From an uncultured Thermodesulfobacteriota bacterium (GTDB lineage Bacteria; Desulfobacterota; GWC2-55-46; JADFVP01): DNA of 64,000 nt. Where the stretch lies: positions 302 through 64,301 of the forward strand of contig CAYYJQ010000007.1 of assembly GCA_964472295.1 (NCBI GenBank), given 5' to 3'. Position numbers and translations under genes: made by a program. Position 1 is the first letter of the stretch; each line of letters starts with the position of its first letter. Below the pieces are notes generated by a model. That model worked only from the letters and a program-made list of their open reading frames with translations, had not been told where the DNA came from and did not search any database. This document shows, piece by piece, positions 29,146 through 39,290 of the stretch.

Positions 29146-29234
29146 AACTTATTATAAAACCTCTTTTTTTGATATTAGGAAAAGGTAGGAGTTAAACTTC
29201 TCCGCCTCAAAAACGCAAGACAACTGAAGGGAAT

Positions 29235-29543
29235 TTAATGGAGTATTGGCTTGAAGTCATCGCCAAGGGTGGTCTGAATTCCTGTCTGCAGGGGATCTGA
29301 CATGAAGTTGTCACGGCACTTCTTGCAGAGTATGAGCACGAGATCAGTGGTAAGATCCTCCACCTTTGTAAGATCCATGCTATCCATGGCGTCAAGAAAG
29401 GTATTTATCCCCTCCTCAAGGCCCTCGTCAGGATCGTCGCCTATATAGCCGTCGAAATCCGCGAAACTCCTTATCTCGACAACATATTTTAATGACTCGG
29501 GGTTGATGCTGACCCCGCAGTTCTGACAATTCAACTTTTCCAT
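29235..29543 (-). CDS. Small zinc-ribbon protein (hypothetical)
   Basis: CQNC...CKKC pairs flank an acidic core. Start placed at MEKLNCQNCG with GAGGA RBS. The track ORF extends to 29624 through a G-rich tract (W/G-rich translation) that is probably leader. Confidence 0.4.
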   Translation of the reverse strand: MEKLNCQNCGVSINPESLKYVVEIRSFADFDGYIGDDPDEGLEEGINTFLDAMDSMDLTKVEDLTTDLVLILCKKCRDNFMSDPLQTGIQTTLGDDFKPILH

Positions 29544-29569
29544 CTTATCTCGTTCCTCTAAAGATTGCC

Positions 29570-29760
29570 GATTACTCCACCCCTGCCACATCCTCCCCAT
29601 CTGCCACCTGTGGCCATATGCCACTGCCCCCCCTTACTGCCCGTTACTATCCATCCCTCGTTCACTTACTCCCCATTTGCCCTCTTACTCCCCCCCTACT
29701 CACATGCCCATTTGCACCCACTCCTTGCCGTCGCTTAATCTTCAGCGCAGGAGAAAAACA
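29570..29760. repeat. C-rich (G-rich on transcribed strand) low-complexity leader with short direct repeats upstream of zinc-ribbon gene
   Basis: Runs CCCCCCC and CCCCCCC on the top strand. Repeated CTTACTCCCC / CATTTGC motifs. On the minus (coding) strand these are G4-G7 runs. Confidence 0.5.
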
Positions 29761-29982
29761 CACTCATTGTTTTGTTTAATCTTACCCGTAAAAAGGGGGA
29801 ATGTCAATGCAATTGCAGATGCAAAGAACTATTAACCTGCGCTCACCTTCCAAAATTATCTCAACAGTGTTTTTGAAGAAAAAAAGGTCGTTGCTGAGAT
29901 GTTTAAGGTTTAGGGGTTATCGCTCTCCAAGTGAAAAGATTCTTTATTCATGATATATTTCCAACAAAGGTAATCATCAAAC

Positions 29983-32265
29983 ATGGACATAAAAAACCTC
30001 ATTGAAGATATAAAGGGCAGTCGCGAGTTCAGGGACGTGGTGCACCACGAGGTAATCCCCGCGAGGCACGCACGGCACGCCCCCTGGCCGGAGGGGATTT
30101 CGCCGGTTATAAGGGAGAAACTCTCCAAAAATGGCATAAAAGAGCCCTATCTCCACCAGTCAATGGGCATGGAGGCCCTCCTTGACGGCGCGAATGTAGT
30201 CATAATGACGCCCACTGCAAGCGGCAAGTCTCTCATATACCAGGCCCCTATTCTGCAGGCCATCCTTGACGACTCCTCTGCAACGGCACTCTACATCTCG
30301 CCCCTTAAGGGTCTGCTCCACGACCAGAAGCGCTCCTTCGATGAACTTAGGGAGGGCGTTATCGCCAATGAAGTTGAGACACGGCCCCTTAAGCGGGTCC
30401 GTCCCCTTGGCCTTGCTGAAATCTATGACGGAGACACCACGGCGTACCGCAAGAAGAAGATACGCGAGGCCCCCCCTGCCCTCATCCTTACAAACCCGGA
30501 CATGGTCCATCTTTCCATAAATGCCTATCACGAGCAGTGGGCCGCGTTTCTCTCACGCCTTCGCTACGTGATAATAGACGAGATTCACACATACAGGGGC
30601 GTCTTTGGCTCTCACGTGGCAAATGTAATGAGGCGGTTCCGGCGGGTTCTTGAACGCCACAACTCTGCCCCCAGGTTCATGGCCTGCACGGCCACCATAG
30701 CAAACCCCCTTGAGCACGCCTCCATGCTCACGGGCCTTGACTTTGAACTCATCCGTGAGAACGGCGCCCCTTCCGGGCGGCGTAACTTCATCTTCATAAA
30801 TCCCGCTCCCGGGCAAAGCCCCTATACCCTTGCCACAAGGCTATTTACGCGCTCCATCGCCTCTGGCCACCGCACCATAGCCTTTACGCGCGCCCGCAAG
30901 ATTACGGAACTACTCTACTCATGGGTATCTCAGGGCGCGCCTGAACTCGGCGGCAAAATATCGGCCTACCGCGCGGGTTTTCTCCCTGAAGAACGGCGTG
31001 ACATAGAAAAAAAACTCTTCTCAGGTGACCTTCAGGGCGTTATCTCCACAAGCGCCCTTGAACTTGGCGTGGACATTGGAGGGCTCGATGTATGCGTTCT
31101 CGTAGGCTACCCCGGGAGCGTGAACTCCACCTGGCAGATGGGCGGGAGGGCCGGAAGATCTAATCGCGATTCTCTCATCGTGCTGATTGCCCTTGAGGAC
31201 GCCCTTGACCAGTACTTCATGCGAAGCCCTGGTGATTTTTTCCGAAGCCCTGTAGAGGCCGCTGTCATTGACATGGAGAACCCCGTAATACTAAAGCCCC
31301 ACCTTCTCTGCTCGGCCTCGGAGACCTATCTCAAATCAACTGACAGGGTCTATGACGTGCCCGCCTACAAGGGCCTCCTTCAGGAACTTCAGTCCGAGGG
31401 AAAGGTCCGGTACTGGCAGAAGGGAGACATCTGGTACCCGAGAAAACGGTTTCCACAACGCGAGATCTCCATCAGGGCCACTGGCGCGGTATACCGCATC
31501 ATAAAAAAGGGCGGCGCCCTCATAGGGGAGTCGAGTTCCAGGAAGGTCTTCCGCGACCTCCACCCCGGGGCCGTGTACCTTCACAGAGGCGCTGCCTACA
31601 GGGTTGTAAGACTGGACCTTGGGGAGAGGACGGTAACGGTTCTTCCGGCAGATGATGTAAATTACCATACAGTTGCCATAACCAATGAAGAAACCGAGAT
31701 AATTTCAGTTGAAGAAAAGAAGAGGCTCAAGGCCCTCCAACTCCTGCATGGCTCCATACGGGTCACCGAAGAGGTGACGGGCTACAGGCGCAAAGAAGTC
31801 TATACCGAGAGAAACCTTGGAGAGTTTCCACTGGACCTGCCACCCACGGTCTTTACCACAAAGGCCATCTGGATGGAAGTTGACGAGGATATTCTTGAAG
31901 AGGTCCAGAAGAAAGGTTTCAACGCGGGAGGCGCCCTGCACGCCCTTGAGCACGCGGCCATCGCAACGCTTCCACTATATGCCCTCTGCGACCGCATGGA
32001 CCTTGGCGGCGTAAGTTACCCCTTTAACGCGGAACTCGGCGCGCCGGCAATATTTATTTATGACGGCCATGAGGGAGGAGTTGGCCTTACAAAGAGGGGC
32101 TTTTACTCTGTCCGCGAGTGGTTCGCGTCCACCCTTAAACTCATGGACGAGTGCGCCTGCGATGTATCCTGCCCGGCCTGCACACAGGATCCCTGGTGCG
32201 GTAACGGCAACGAACCACTGGATAAACGCGGGGCCATAATGATACTTAAAAGATGGCTTGAGTAA
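29983..32265 (+). CDS. DEAD/DEAH-box helicase with C-terminal DUF1998 zinc domain (SftH/MrfA/YprA-like)
   Basis: Walker A TPTASGKS, DEIH box, helicase C domain. C-terminal four-Cys cluster CACDVSCPAC...C typical of DUF1998. Confidence 0.85.
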   Translation: MDIKNLIEDIKGSREFRDVVHHEVIPARHARHAPWPEGISPVIREKLSKNGIKEPYLHQSMGMEALLDGANVVIMTPTASGKSLIYQAPILQAILDDSSATALYISPLKGLLHDQKRSFDELREGVIANEVETRPLKRVRPLGLAEIYDGDTTAYRKKKIREAPPALILTNPDMVHLSINAYHEQWAAFLSRLRYVIIDEIHTYRGVFGSHVANVMRRFRRVLERHNSAPRFMACTATIANPLEHASMLTGLDFELIRENGAPSGRRNFIFINPAPGQSPYTLATRLFTRSIASGHRTIAFTRARKITELLYSWVSQGAPELGGKISAYRAGFLPEERRDIEKKLFSGDLQGVISTSALELGVDIGGLDVCVLVGYPGSVNSTWQMGGRAGRSNRDSLIVLIALEDALDQYFMRSPGDFFRSPVEAAVIDMENPVILKPHLLCSASETYLKSTDRVYDVPAYKGLLQELQSEGKVRYWQKGDIWYPRKRFPQREISIRATGAVYRIIKKGGALIGESSSRKVFRDLHPGAVYLHRGAAYRVVRLDLGERTVTVLPADDVNYHTVAITNEETEIISVEEKKRLKALQLLHGSIRVTEEVTGYRRKEVYTERNLGEFPLDLPPTVFTTKAIWMEVDEDILEEVQKKGFNAGGALHALEHAAIATLPLYALCDRMDLGGVSYPFNAELGAPAIFIYDGHEGGVGLTKRGFYSVREWFASTLKLMDECACDVSCPACTQDPWCGNGNEPLDKRGAIMILKRWLE

Positions 32266-32290
32266 AGAAGAAGAAGAAGAAGAAGAAGAA
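32264..32290. repeat. (GAA/AAG)n trinucleotide microsatellite immediately after helicase stop codon
   Basis: taa-AGAAGAAGAAGAAGAAGAAGAA-aggg, about 7-8 uninterrupted triplet units. Confidence 0.8.
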
Positions 32291-32297
32291 AGGGTTA

Positions 32298-32449
32298 GCG
32301 GGCTTGGCCCGCGAAAGGACAAGAAAGAACGGAAAAAGAGTTGACTTTGTGGACTTGGCCCGCAAAAAGACAGAAAGATTTCCTTACTTTCTTTTAGAAA
32401 AAAGAAAGTAAGACAAAGCAAACCAGTACCAGCGGCCTCTGGCCGCTGG
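32298..32449. repeat. Family-1 repeat cluster (A', A', D-rc, C) between convergent helicase and GGDEF genes
   Basis: GCGGGCTTGGCCCGC 32298-32312. GTGGACTTGGCCCGC 32350-32364. CCTTACTTTCTTTTAGAAAAAAGAAAGTAAGACAAAGCAAACCA 32382-32424. CCAGCGGCCTCTGGCCGCTGG 32429-32449. Confidence 0.8.
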
Positions 32450-32467
32450 GGGTGTAATCAAAAAAAA

Positions 32468-33388
32468 TCAGTCTTCTTGCGTGAGTACTACCCTGTTTCT
32501 CCCCTCTTCCTTTGCCCTGTAGAGGGCCTTATCGGCCCTGTCGATAAAGACATCTACCTTCTCCCCATCTTTACGCAGTGCCCCTCCTATACTTACTGTG
32601 ATCTCGATGCTTGTGCCCTCGAAAATAAAAGGCTCACCTGCAATGGTCTCCCTCACCCTCTCGAATACCAATTTGGCAGTATCAAGGGAGGTTTTTACGA
32701 GAATAAGGAGAAATTCTTCTCCGCCGTAACGGCCAAGCACATCATAGGGACGCACGCTTGCGAGGACGCGCCTCACGAACTCCTTTAAGACCTCATCACC
32801 AGCGTTATGTCCATGAGTGTCGTTTACTTTTTTAAAAAAATCAATATCAAGCATGGCGATGGAGAGAGGATTACCCTCACGTTCAGCCCGGGACATCTCG
32901 GCATGTAGTCTCTCAAGAACAGCCCTTCTGTTGAATATCCCCGTAAGCGCGTCGTGCATCGAGAGTTCACGCAACTTGTTCTTGGCCTCAAGAAGCGCCT
33001 GTTGTAGCTCCACTATCCTTCGCCCTGCCTTGAGACGGACATTGAGTTCCTGCATATTATATGGTTTTGTCACATAGTCGTCGGCACCGGCGGTCATGCC
33101 CTCTACTACGTCCTCTGCTTCGGAACAACCCGTAAGGAGAATTATGTAGGTATAAAAGTCCTCGCCCTTGGTCTCCTCGGCCTCCCTCACCTTTTTACAT
33201 ATCTCAAGCCCATCCATACCAGGCATGAGCCAGTCAAGAATAACGAGATGAGGGGGGTCGGCCCCTGAGAGGGCCTCCATTGCCTCATGCCCGTCAGCCA
33301 CGGCCTGGACCTCTAAACCCCACTTCTTGAGATTGGCCTTAAGTATCATGCGGGAGGTCATGTCATCTTCTGCTACAAGTACTTTCAC
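32468..33388 (-). CDS. Response regulator with GGDEF diguanylate cyclase output (PleD/WspR-like)
   Basis: REC domain (phospho-acceptor Asp in LVILDW). GGDEF domain with RYGGEEF motif and RxxD-like I-site context. Confidence 0.85.
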   Translation of the reverse strand: MKVLVAEDDMTSRMILKANLKKWGLEVQAVADGHEAMEALSGADPPHLVILDWLMPGMDGLEICKKVREAEETKGEDFYTYIILLTGCSEAEDVVEGMTAGADDYVTKPYNMQELNVRLKAGRRIVELQQALLEAKNKLRELSMHDALTGIFNRRAVLERLHAEMSRAEREGNPLSIAMLDIDFFKKVNDTHGHNAGDEVLKEFVRRVLASVRPYDVLGRYGGEEFLLILVKTSLDTAKLVFERVRETIAGEPFIFEGTSIEITVSIGGALRKDGEKVDVFIDRADKALYRAKEEGRNRVVLTQED

Positions 33389-33462
33389 GGCAGTGTCCTC
33401 TTCTTGAAGATTCGGATTTGCACCGCGGTCCTGATTCTAATGATTCAGGCTTAATAGCAAAT

Positions 33463-36400
33463 TCAATCTCCCCCAAATTCAGGACCTATAAAGTTCCTGA
33501 AATCATCGAGGGCCCTCTCGAGTTTTTTTATCTCTTCCGCGGCCAGACCGAGGTCTTCGGCTTTGCCCGACTTCTCGACCTTAAAGGCAATATCTCGCAT
33601 CTTGACGGCCCCAACATTGGCTGAGGCTCCCTTTATAGTATGACCTATTCTCCGCACATCTTCGGTATCTTCATTCTCAAGAGCGGTCTTTAGAGAGAAT
33701 AACTGCCTGGGCATATCCTCAATAAAGCCCCTTAGAATATCTCTTGCAAGGTCCTCATCACCCATGAGGCGCTCGAGGAAACCAGACTTATCAAAGACAT
33801 CACCAGCCTTAGGCTGAAACAGCGTCTTTGTATCAAACACTGCCCCTGACTCCCTCTTGATGAACTTCTTTATTGCCGCGTCCAGTTCATCGGGGTTAAC
33901 GGGCTTGGAGATATAATCATCCATGCCCGCCTCAAGGCATTTCTCGCGGTCGCCCTTCAGGGCGTTGGCGGTCATGGCGACAACGGGAATATCCACGTTC
34001 TTTACCTTGGAGGCAGGGTTACGTATGGCGCGCGTGGCCTCATAGCCGTCCATCTCGGGCATCTGACAGTCCATGAGAACAAGGTCATAGGGCACTTTCT
34101 CGAGGGCACTAAGGACCTCAAGGCCATTTGCCACGGAATCGGCCCTATAGCCCAGCTTCTCAAGGATCTTAAGAGCCACTTTCTGGTTCACGTCATTATC
34201 GTCGGCAACGAGTATCCTGACTCTGCGTTTCTTAATCTCCTTGATGGTGTGTCTGGTGATTATGGGCCGTTTAAGAGACTTATCCATGGACACGCCAAGG
34301 GTGGTAACGAGGCAATCATAGAGCCTGGACTGTTTCACAGGCTTGGTAAGGTAGGCGGAAAAGCCAACTGACTCAAGGAGCCTGGCGTCTCCCTTTTTCC
34401 CCACAGAAGTCATCATCACAAGGAGTGTGTCTTTTATAAGCGCGTCTGACTTCACCTTTCTGCCAAGGGTCTCGCCGTCCATCTCGGGCATCTGCATATC
34501 CAAGATGGCAACGTCATAAGGCTCATTCCTTGTTGCCGCATCGCGGAGCATGGAGAGGGCCGTAGGACCGTCAGGCGCCTCACCGGCGCGGCATGACCAT
34601 GAACTGAGGATTACATGGAGGAGTTTCCTGTTAGTCGCGTTATCATCCACTATGAGGAATCTTTTACCTCTAACATCAGAGGTAGGAAGCTCCTGAGTGA
34701 TGCTTCCCGATGGTTGTTTCTCGAACTCAGCCGTAAACCAGAAGGTCGAGCCCTCACCCTCGGAACTCCTTGCATTAATTTTTCCGCCCATTAACGCTAC
34801 AAGTTGTTTCGAGATGGCAAGGCCAAGGCCCGTGCCTCCAAACTTCCGTGTAGTCGAGGCGTCGGCCTGGGTAAAGGGCTCGAATAGTTTGTCTATCTTG
34901 TCCGGTGGTATTCCTGTTCCCGTGTCTTTTACCTCAAATAGTATCTCGGCTGTCTTCTCGTCTTCTCTACCAAGGGTTACGTTTATGACGACTTCGCCTT
35001 CACCCGTAAACTTAATGGCATTACCGGCAAGGTTTATAAGTATCTGGCGTATCCTTCCCGGGTCTCCACGAAGAAGCGAGGGAACATCAGGGGCTATCAT
35101 GGAGACAAACTCAAGGCCCTTGGCATGCGCGCGTATGGCAAGAAGGTCGGCCACGTCCTCAATAGTAGTGCGAAGATCAAAATCCAGTATCTCAAGCTCC
35201 AGTTTGCCGGCCTCTATCTTGGAAAAATCAAGTATGGAGTTTATTATGGTAAGGAGGGCGTCGCCGCTCATCCTCACGGTCTCGGCGAATTCGCGTTGCT
35301 CGGCCGTAAGGTCTGTGTCAAGGAGAAGCCCTGTCATGCCTATGACACCGTTCATGGGTGTGCGAATCTCGTGGCTCATATTGGCAAGGAACTCGCTCTT
35401 CGCGCGATTGGCCTCCTCGGCGGCCTGCTCAGCCTTCTTAATCTCTGTAATGTCAGACATAATCAGGCCGACGCCCTCGCCGGCCTTGAAGGCGTTAATA
35501 ATAAAATGAGTCTCCTCCTCAAGTGTACTCCGGATAAAGTCTCCCTGATGGTAGGGCTCACCGGTCTTTATTGTCGTCAAAAGACCTGTGGTTATGCCGT
35601 AGTTCTCAAACCCCGGGAAGAGCTTGCCGATATAAACGCCCATGGCCTCGTCCCTGGAGACACCGGCCATCGTCAGCCCGCGTTCATTAATGAGTATGAC
35701 ATTAAGTCCAGGGTCGAGGATGGCGAACATGTCTGTAGCACTGTTCATGAACCCCTTTAGACGCTCTTCACTCTTGCGGATGATGACCGAGGTCTTTCTC
35801 CTTATCTTCATGTCCTTGATTAAGATAAAAAGGATGTACGCGGTTACGGCAAGTACGACAAGGAGAACCACAAGAGTCAGTATGAAATCACGAGAGGCCT
35901 TACCAGAGAGGCCTTTAGTCATAATAAAAAGTTTTTTGTTAAGATGTATGCTGATTTTATTCAGAAGCTCAATCTTTCTGGAGATGGTATCAAACCATTC
36001 GATTCCAGTTATTCCCTTGAGGTCTCCGCCAGGACCGCCTGTGAGGACAACCTCACGCATACTGGCCAACTTCTGTATGACCGGTCCCTTCACAGTATTA
36101 TTAAACAAATCTACCGTATCCTTGTCGGCGTCATGAAGGAAGAACTCATAGAGGACTTCCTCACGGGCGATTAAACCGGTGAACCGGTCATAAGTCTTGG
36201 CATCGAACCTTCTGGCCGAGAATCCAGCGGCGCCGACGGCGCGCTCTTGTCCAACGTTTTCTTTATAATGAAGGAAGCTCACATAGGTGTTTATTTGCCG
36301 GGCTACTGATGTATTAGAAGTGTTTTGACCTGCCGTGACAACGACATCGAATATCTCGTTTATGGCATCCGTATAGTAGGCGAACATCTTGTCAAGAGGA

Positions 36401-36813
36401 ATGGCTCTCGCGTCCACGCGGCTTCTAATCCTATCGATGGAGCGAATCTGAGATGCGGCATTTCTTATGGATTGCATAATCGCATCATTAATGTGCATTG
36501 ATTCAATCGGCTTTATGGCAAGACGTATATTACTTATCGTATTGTCTGTCTTCCGGCGCTGGGAGATTAGCCTTGTCCTGAACTCGTCCTCGCCGCGTGC
36601 CATAAAAGAAGTGGTAAGGCCCCGCTCAACCTGAAGAGAATCTACGACCTTGCTGAATTCATCTATCAATCCCATAAGGACATGGTTTTTTTCCATCTCA
36701 TGGGAAATGTGCCACTGTTGAACGGCGCTATTGATAGAAAACCAGAAGAGTCCGGCAAGGGGCAATATAACGGCTATGATTATCCGTCTGTATATTAGTT
36801 TGCTCTCAGGCAT
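33463..36813 (-). CDS. Hybrid sensor histidine kinase with periplasmic NIT (nitrate/nitrite-sensing) domain, PAS, HisKA/HATPase, two REC and C-terminal Hpt
   Basis: 1116 aa. N-terminal sensor flanked by TM segments resembles NIT. HisKA H-box [10 protein letters not shown]. Two receiver domains, Hpt [12 protein letters not shown]. Confidence 0.85.
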   Translation of the reverse strand: MPESKLIYRRIIIAVILPLAGLFWFSINSAVQQWHISHEMEKNHVLMGLIDEFSKVVDSLQVERGLTTSFMARGEDEFRTRLISQRRKTDNTISNIRLAIKPIESMHINDAIMQSIRNAASQIRSIDRIRSRVDARAIPLDKMFAYYTDAINEIFDVVVTAGQNTSNTSVARQINTYVSFLHYKENVGQERAVGAAGFSARRFDAKTYDRFTGLIAREEVLYEFFLHDADKDTVDLFNNTVKGPVIQKLASMREVVLTGGPGGDLKGITGIEWFDTISRKIELLNKISIHLNKKLFIMTKGLSGKASRDFILTLVVLLVVLAVTAYILFILIKDMKIRRKTSVIIRKSEERLKGFMNSATDMFAILDPGLNVILINERGLTMAGVSRDEAMGVYIGKLFPGFENYGITTGLLTTIKTGEPYHQGDFIRSTLEEETHFIINAFKAGEGVGLIMSDITEIKKAEQAAEEANRAKSEFLANMSHEIRTPMNGVIGMTGLLLDTDLTAEQREFAETVRMSGDALLTIINSILDFSKIEAGKLELEILDFDLRTTIEDVADLLAIRAHAKGLEFVSMIAPDVPSLLRGDPGRIRQILINLAGNAIKFTGEGEVVINVTLGREDEKTAEILFEVKDTGTGIPPDKIDKLFEPFTQADASTTRKFGGTGLGLAISKQLVALMGGKINARSSEGEGSTFWFTAEFEKQPSGSITQELPTSDVRGKRFLIVDDNATNRKLLHVILSSWSCRAGEAPDGPTALSMLRDAATRNEPYDVAILDMQMPEMDGETLGRKVKSDALIKDTLLVMMTSVGKKGDARLLESVGFSAYLTKPVKQSRLYDCLVTTLGVSMDKSLKRPIITRHTIKEIKKRRVRILVADDNDVNQKVALKILEKLGYRADSVANGLEVLSALEKVPYDLVLMDCQMPEMDGYEATRAIRNPASKVKNVDIPVVAMTANALKGDREKCLEAGMDDYISKPVNPDELDAAIKKFIKRESGAVFDTKTLFQPKAGDVFDKSGFLERLMGDEDLARDILRGFIEDMPRQLFSLKTALENEDTEDVRRIGHTIKGASANVGAVKMRDIAFKVEKSGKAEDLGLAAEEIKKLERALDDFRNFIGPEFGGD

Positions 36814-37020
36814 GATAACATCTCAATAGACAAAATGTGTGGAAGCGGGTTTTTTTAACGAATATAGGGAACAGTTTTTTAATAGAGAACGGCTTTTTTT
36901 TTGGAGAGACTCATTCTCCCAAAAGGGGGTTTTCAGACGTCAATGGACACACTATAATACATTCACCTATTATTGTTGTCAATTTAGTTTTTCGTGATTA
37001 TTGTTACACATACCTTGAGA

Positions 37021-37063
37021 ATGGGCAAAAATTAAGAGCCCCCTTTTAATAAAGGGGGCTCTT
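37021..37063 (-). terminator. Rho-independent terminator downstream of leuB
   Basis: AAGAGCCCCCTTT-ATTA-AAAGGGGGCTCTT hairpin (minus-strand reading) followed by AATTTTT. 23 nt after the leuB stop. Confidence 0.7.
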
Positions 37064-37085
37064 AGGCACAAAATATGAAAAAAAA

Positions 37086-38267
37086 TTAATCGAGCGTTTT
37101 CTTCTTGAGCCTTACGGGCTCATCTTCACCGCTGTACTCGGCCTGAGTCTCTGGCTCTGGCTCTTCGCCGCCTATCTTCCGGAGTTCATCGGCAACAGCG
37201 TCTCCCATCTCAGAGCATGAGACGAGTCTTGTGTCTTTCTTGGTCTCATCATATATGTCGGCAGTACGGAGCCCGGCCTCCAGGACGGCCTCAACGGCCT
37301 CTTCAATGGCCGTTGCAGGTTCTTCCATGTTGAATGAATAGCGCATCATCATGGCCGCGCTGAGTATGGTGGCAAGGGGGTTTGCCTTGTTCTGTCCCGC
37401 GATGTCAGGGGCCGAACCGTGTATGGGCTCGAACATGGAGCGGTTTCTTATGGGGCCCAGCGAGGCAGATGGTATAAGCCCTATGGAGCCAGTGAGCATG
37501 GAGGCCTCGTCGGAGAGTATATCCCCAAAGGTGTTTTCCGTAACAATTACGTCGAACTGCGAGGGGTTACGTACAAGTTGCATGGCGCAGTTATCCACAT
37601 ACATGTGTGAGAGTTCCACGTCAGGGTATTCCTTGCCCACTTCCGTGACAACGTCTCTCCAGAGTTCCGTAGACTCAAGGACATTGGCCTTGTCCACGCT
37701 CACGACCCTCTTGTCTCTAAGGCGCGCTACCTCAAAGGCCACAACGGCTATCCTCTCTATCTCGGTGGAGGTGTAGGTAAGGGTATTGGTGCCCTTTCGG
37801 ACGCCGTCGCCAAGGTCCTCCACGCCTCGCGGCTCGCCGAAGTAGAGCCCTCCCGTGAGTTCGCGCACAACGAGGATGTCCACGCCGCGCACGACCTCTG
37901 GCTTCAGCGTTGAGGCATCAATGAGAGAGTCGTAAATCTTGGCGGGCCTGAGGTTAGCGAATAGGGCCAGTTCCTTTCTGAGTTTAAGGAGCGCCCTCTC
38001 GGGCCTTATGGAGTAATCAAGGCCCTCCCACCTGGGGCCCCCAACGGCGCCGAGGAATATGGCATCGCTCCTGAAGGCTATGTCCAGCGTGTCGTCGGTA
38101 AGTGGCACGCCAAACTCGTCAATGGAGGCGCCGCCCACGAGGGCCTCCTCCATGGTCCAGACTATATTGAACTTTTTTCCCAGAACTCTCAGTGACTTCA
38201 GCGCCTCGTCCACGATTTCGGGACCAATGCCGTCGCCCTTGAGCACAGCTATCTTGAACCTCTTCAC
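37086..38267 (-). CDS. leuB: 3-isopropylmalate dehydrogenase
   Basis: [14 protein letters not shown]-terminus and isocitrate/isopropylmalate dehydrogenase motifs. ~30-aa acidic C-terminal extension. Confidence 0.9.
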   Translation of the reverse strand: MKRFKIAVLKGDGIGPEIVDEALKSLRVLGKKFNIVWTMEEALVGGASIDEFGVPLTDDTLDIAFRSDAIFLGAVGGPRWEGLDYSIRPERALLKLRKELALFANLRPAKIYDSLIDASTLKPEVVRGVDILVVRELTGGLYFGEPRGVEDLGDGVRKGTNTLTYTSTEIERIAVVAFEVARLRDKRVVSVDKANVLESTELWRDVVTEVGKEYPDVELSHMYVDNCAMQLVRNPSQFDVIVTENTFGDILSDEASMLTGSIGLIPSASLGPIRNRSMFEPIHGSAPDIAGQNKANPLATILSAAMMMRYSFNMEEPATAIEEAVEAVLEAGLRTADIYDETKKDTRLVSCSEMGDAVADELRKIGGEEPEPETQAEYSGEDEPVRLKKKTLD

Positions 38268-38327
38268 AATGAGTTCTCCTGAATTACGTTATTTTATTTT
38301 CGTGAGTGCCTCCGAGGTCTCTCTTCC

Positions 38328-38549
38328 TCAGAAGTCATCTCCATCACCTGCTGAGATCTTCTTCAGCGACTCGATAAACATATCAAGTCCGCTAAGCGGG
38401 ACCACCACGGTGCTCTTCCTGTCATTGGAGAGTTCGGCTATCTGCATGAACCTTCCCCTGCTGTTCTCGCGAAGGTCCACAAAAAGGGTCTTATTCTCTA
38501 TGTGAAGTTTATCGCTTGCTATTATTCTGCTTCTCGTTCCCTCTCTCAT
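38328..38549 (-). CDS. Small Pur-alpha-like (PUR repeat) nucleic-acid-binding protein, tentative
   Basis: 73-aa ORF. ATG overlaps the leuD stop (ATGA), suggesting translational coupling. [20 protein letters not shown]...[10 protein letters not shown] resembles a single PUR repeat. Confidence 0.4.
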   Translation of the reverse strand: MREGTRSRIIASDKLHIENKTLFVDLRENSRGRFMQIAELSNDRKSTVVVPLSGLDMFIESLKKISAGDGDDF

Positions 38550-39043
38550 TTCATTCCCCTCTTCTTTTTAATTGATTGTAGAAGCCCACCGGAGCCGAGC
38601 AGTTCCTGCATAAAAGGCGGAATTGGCCGGGCCTTAAAGGTCTTCTTCTGCGTGATATTGCGGATTACACCCCTGTCCATATCCACTTCAAGTATATCGC
38701 CGTCTTTCGAGGCGTCGTGGGCTTCAGCGGACTCGAGTATGGGGAGCCCCATGTTAAAGGAATTTCTGAAAAAAATCCTCGCGAAACTCTCGGCTATTAC
38801 GCAGGCCACGCCAGAGGCCTTGATGGCAATGGGGGCGTGCTCGCGCGAAGAACCACAACCAAAGTTTTTTCCCGCAAGGATTATATCGCCTTTTTTTACC
38901 TTTGAGGCAAAGGCCGGGTCTTCGTCCTCCATGCAGTGTTTGGCGAGTTCCGCAGGGTCGGATGTGTTAAGATACCTTGCCGGAATTATCCTGTCCGTGT
39001 CTATGTCAGAGCCGTACTTCCAGACCCTTCCCCTGAACTTCAT
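38546..39043 (-). CDS. leuD: 3-isopropylmalate dehydratase small subunit
   Basis: 165-aa short archaeal-type LeuD ([19 protein letters not shown]). Confidence 0.85.
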   Translation of the reverse strand: MKFRGRVWKYGSDIDTDRIIPARYLNTSDPAELAKHCMEDEDPAFASKVKKGDIILAGKNFGCGSSREHAPIAIKASGVACVIAESFARIFFRNSFNMGLPILESAEAHDASKDGDILEVDMDRGVIRNITQKKTFKARPIPPFMQELLGSGGLLQSIKKKRGMK

Positions 39044-39093
39044 CTTTTGTTCCCCTTTTTTTTAATTTGACAGATTGAGTATATTTTTTTCAA

Positions 39094-39290
39094 TGGGCAG
39101 TGCCCACCGATTGGTTTTCTTTGTCTTACTTTCTTTTTTCCAAAAGAAAGTAAGAATATCTTTTTTCTTCTGGCGGGCAGTGGCCGCCCTATCCTACCCT
39201 TCTTTCATCTTCCTGTCTTCTGGCGGGCAGTGCCCACCCTTCCTCCCTCCCCCTTCTTTCATCTTCTTTAGTATCAGGCCTTTTCCGCTG
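39094..39290. repeat. Family-1 repeat cluster (A, D, A, A) with ~50-bp tandem duplication between leuD and methyltransferase genes
   Basis: TGGGCAGTGCCCACC 39094-39108. D module 39111-39154. GGCGGGCAGTGGCCGCC 39172-39188. GGCGGGCAGTGCCCACC 39222-39238. Two copies of the unit TCTGGCGGGCAGTG...CTTCTTTCATCTTC. Confidence 0.8.

Noticed and set aside
29910-30137. 75-aa minus-strand ORF overlapping the helicase start
   Set aside because: It is antisense to the well-supported helicase N-terminus and has no RBS or conservation signal.
28411-32265. Defense system hypothesis (DISARM-like or other) around the DUF1998 helicase and metallophosphoesterase
   Set aside because: DUF1998 is fused to the helicase in a single polypeptide of the SftH/MrfA repair type. 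No methyltransferase, PLD nuclease, DrmB or other defense partner is present. The phosphoesterase is an ordinary PPP/ApaH-like enzyme. The neighbours are housekeeping genes.
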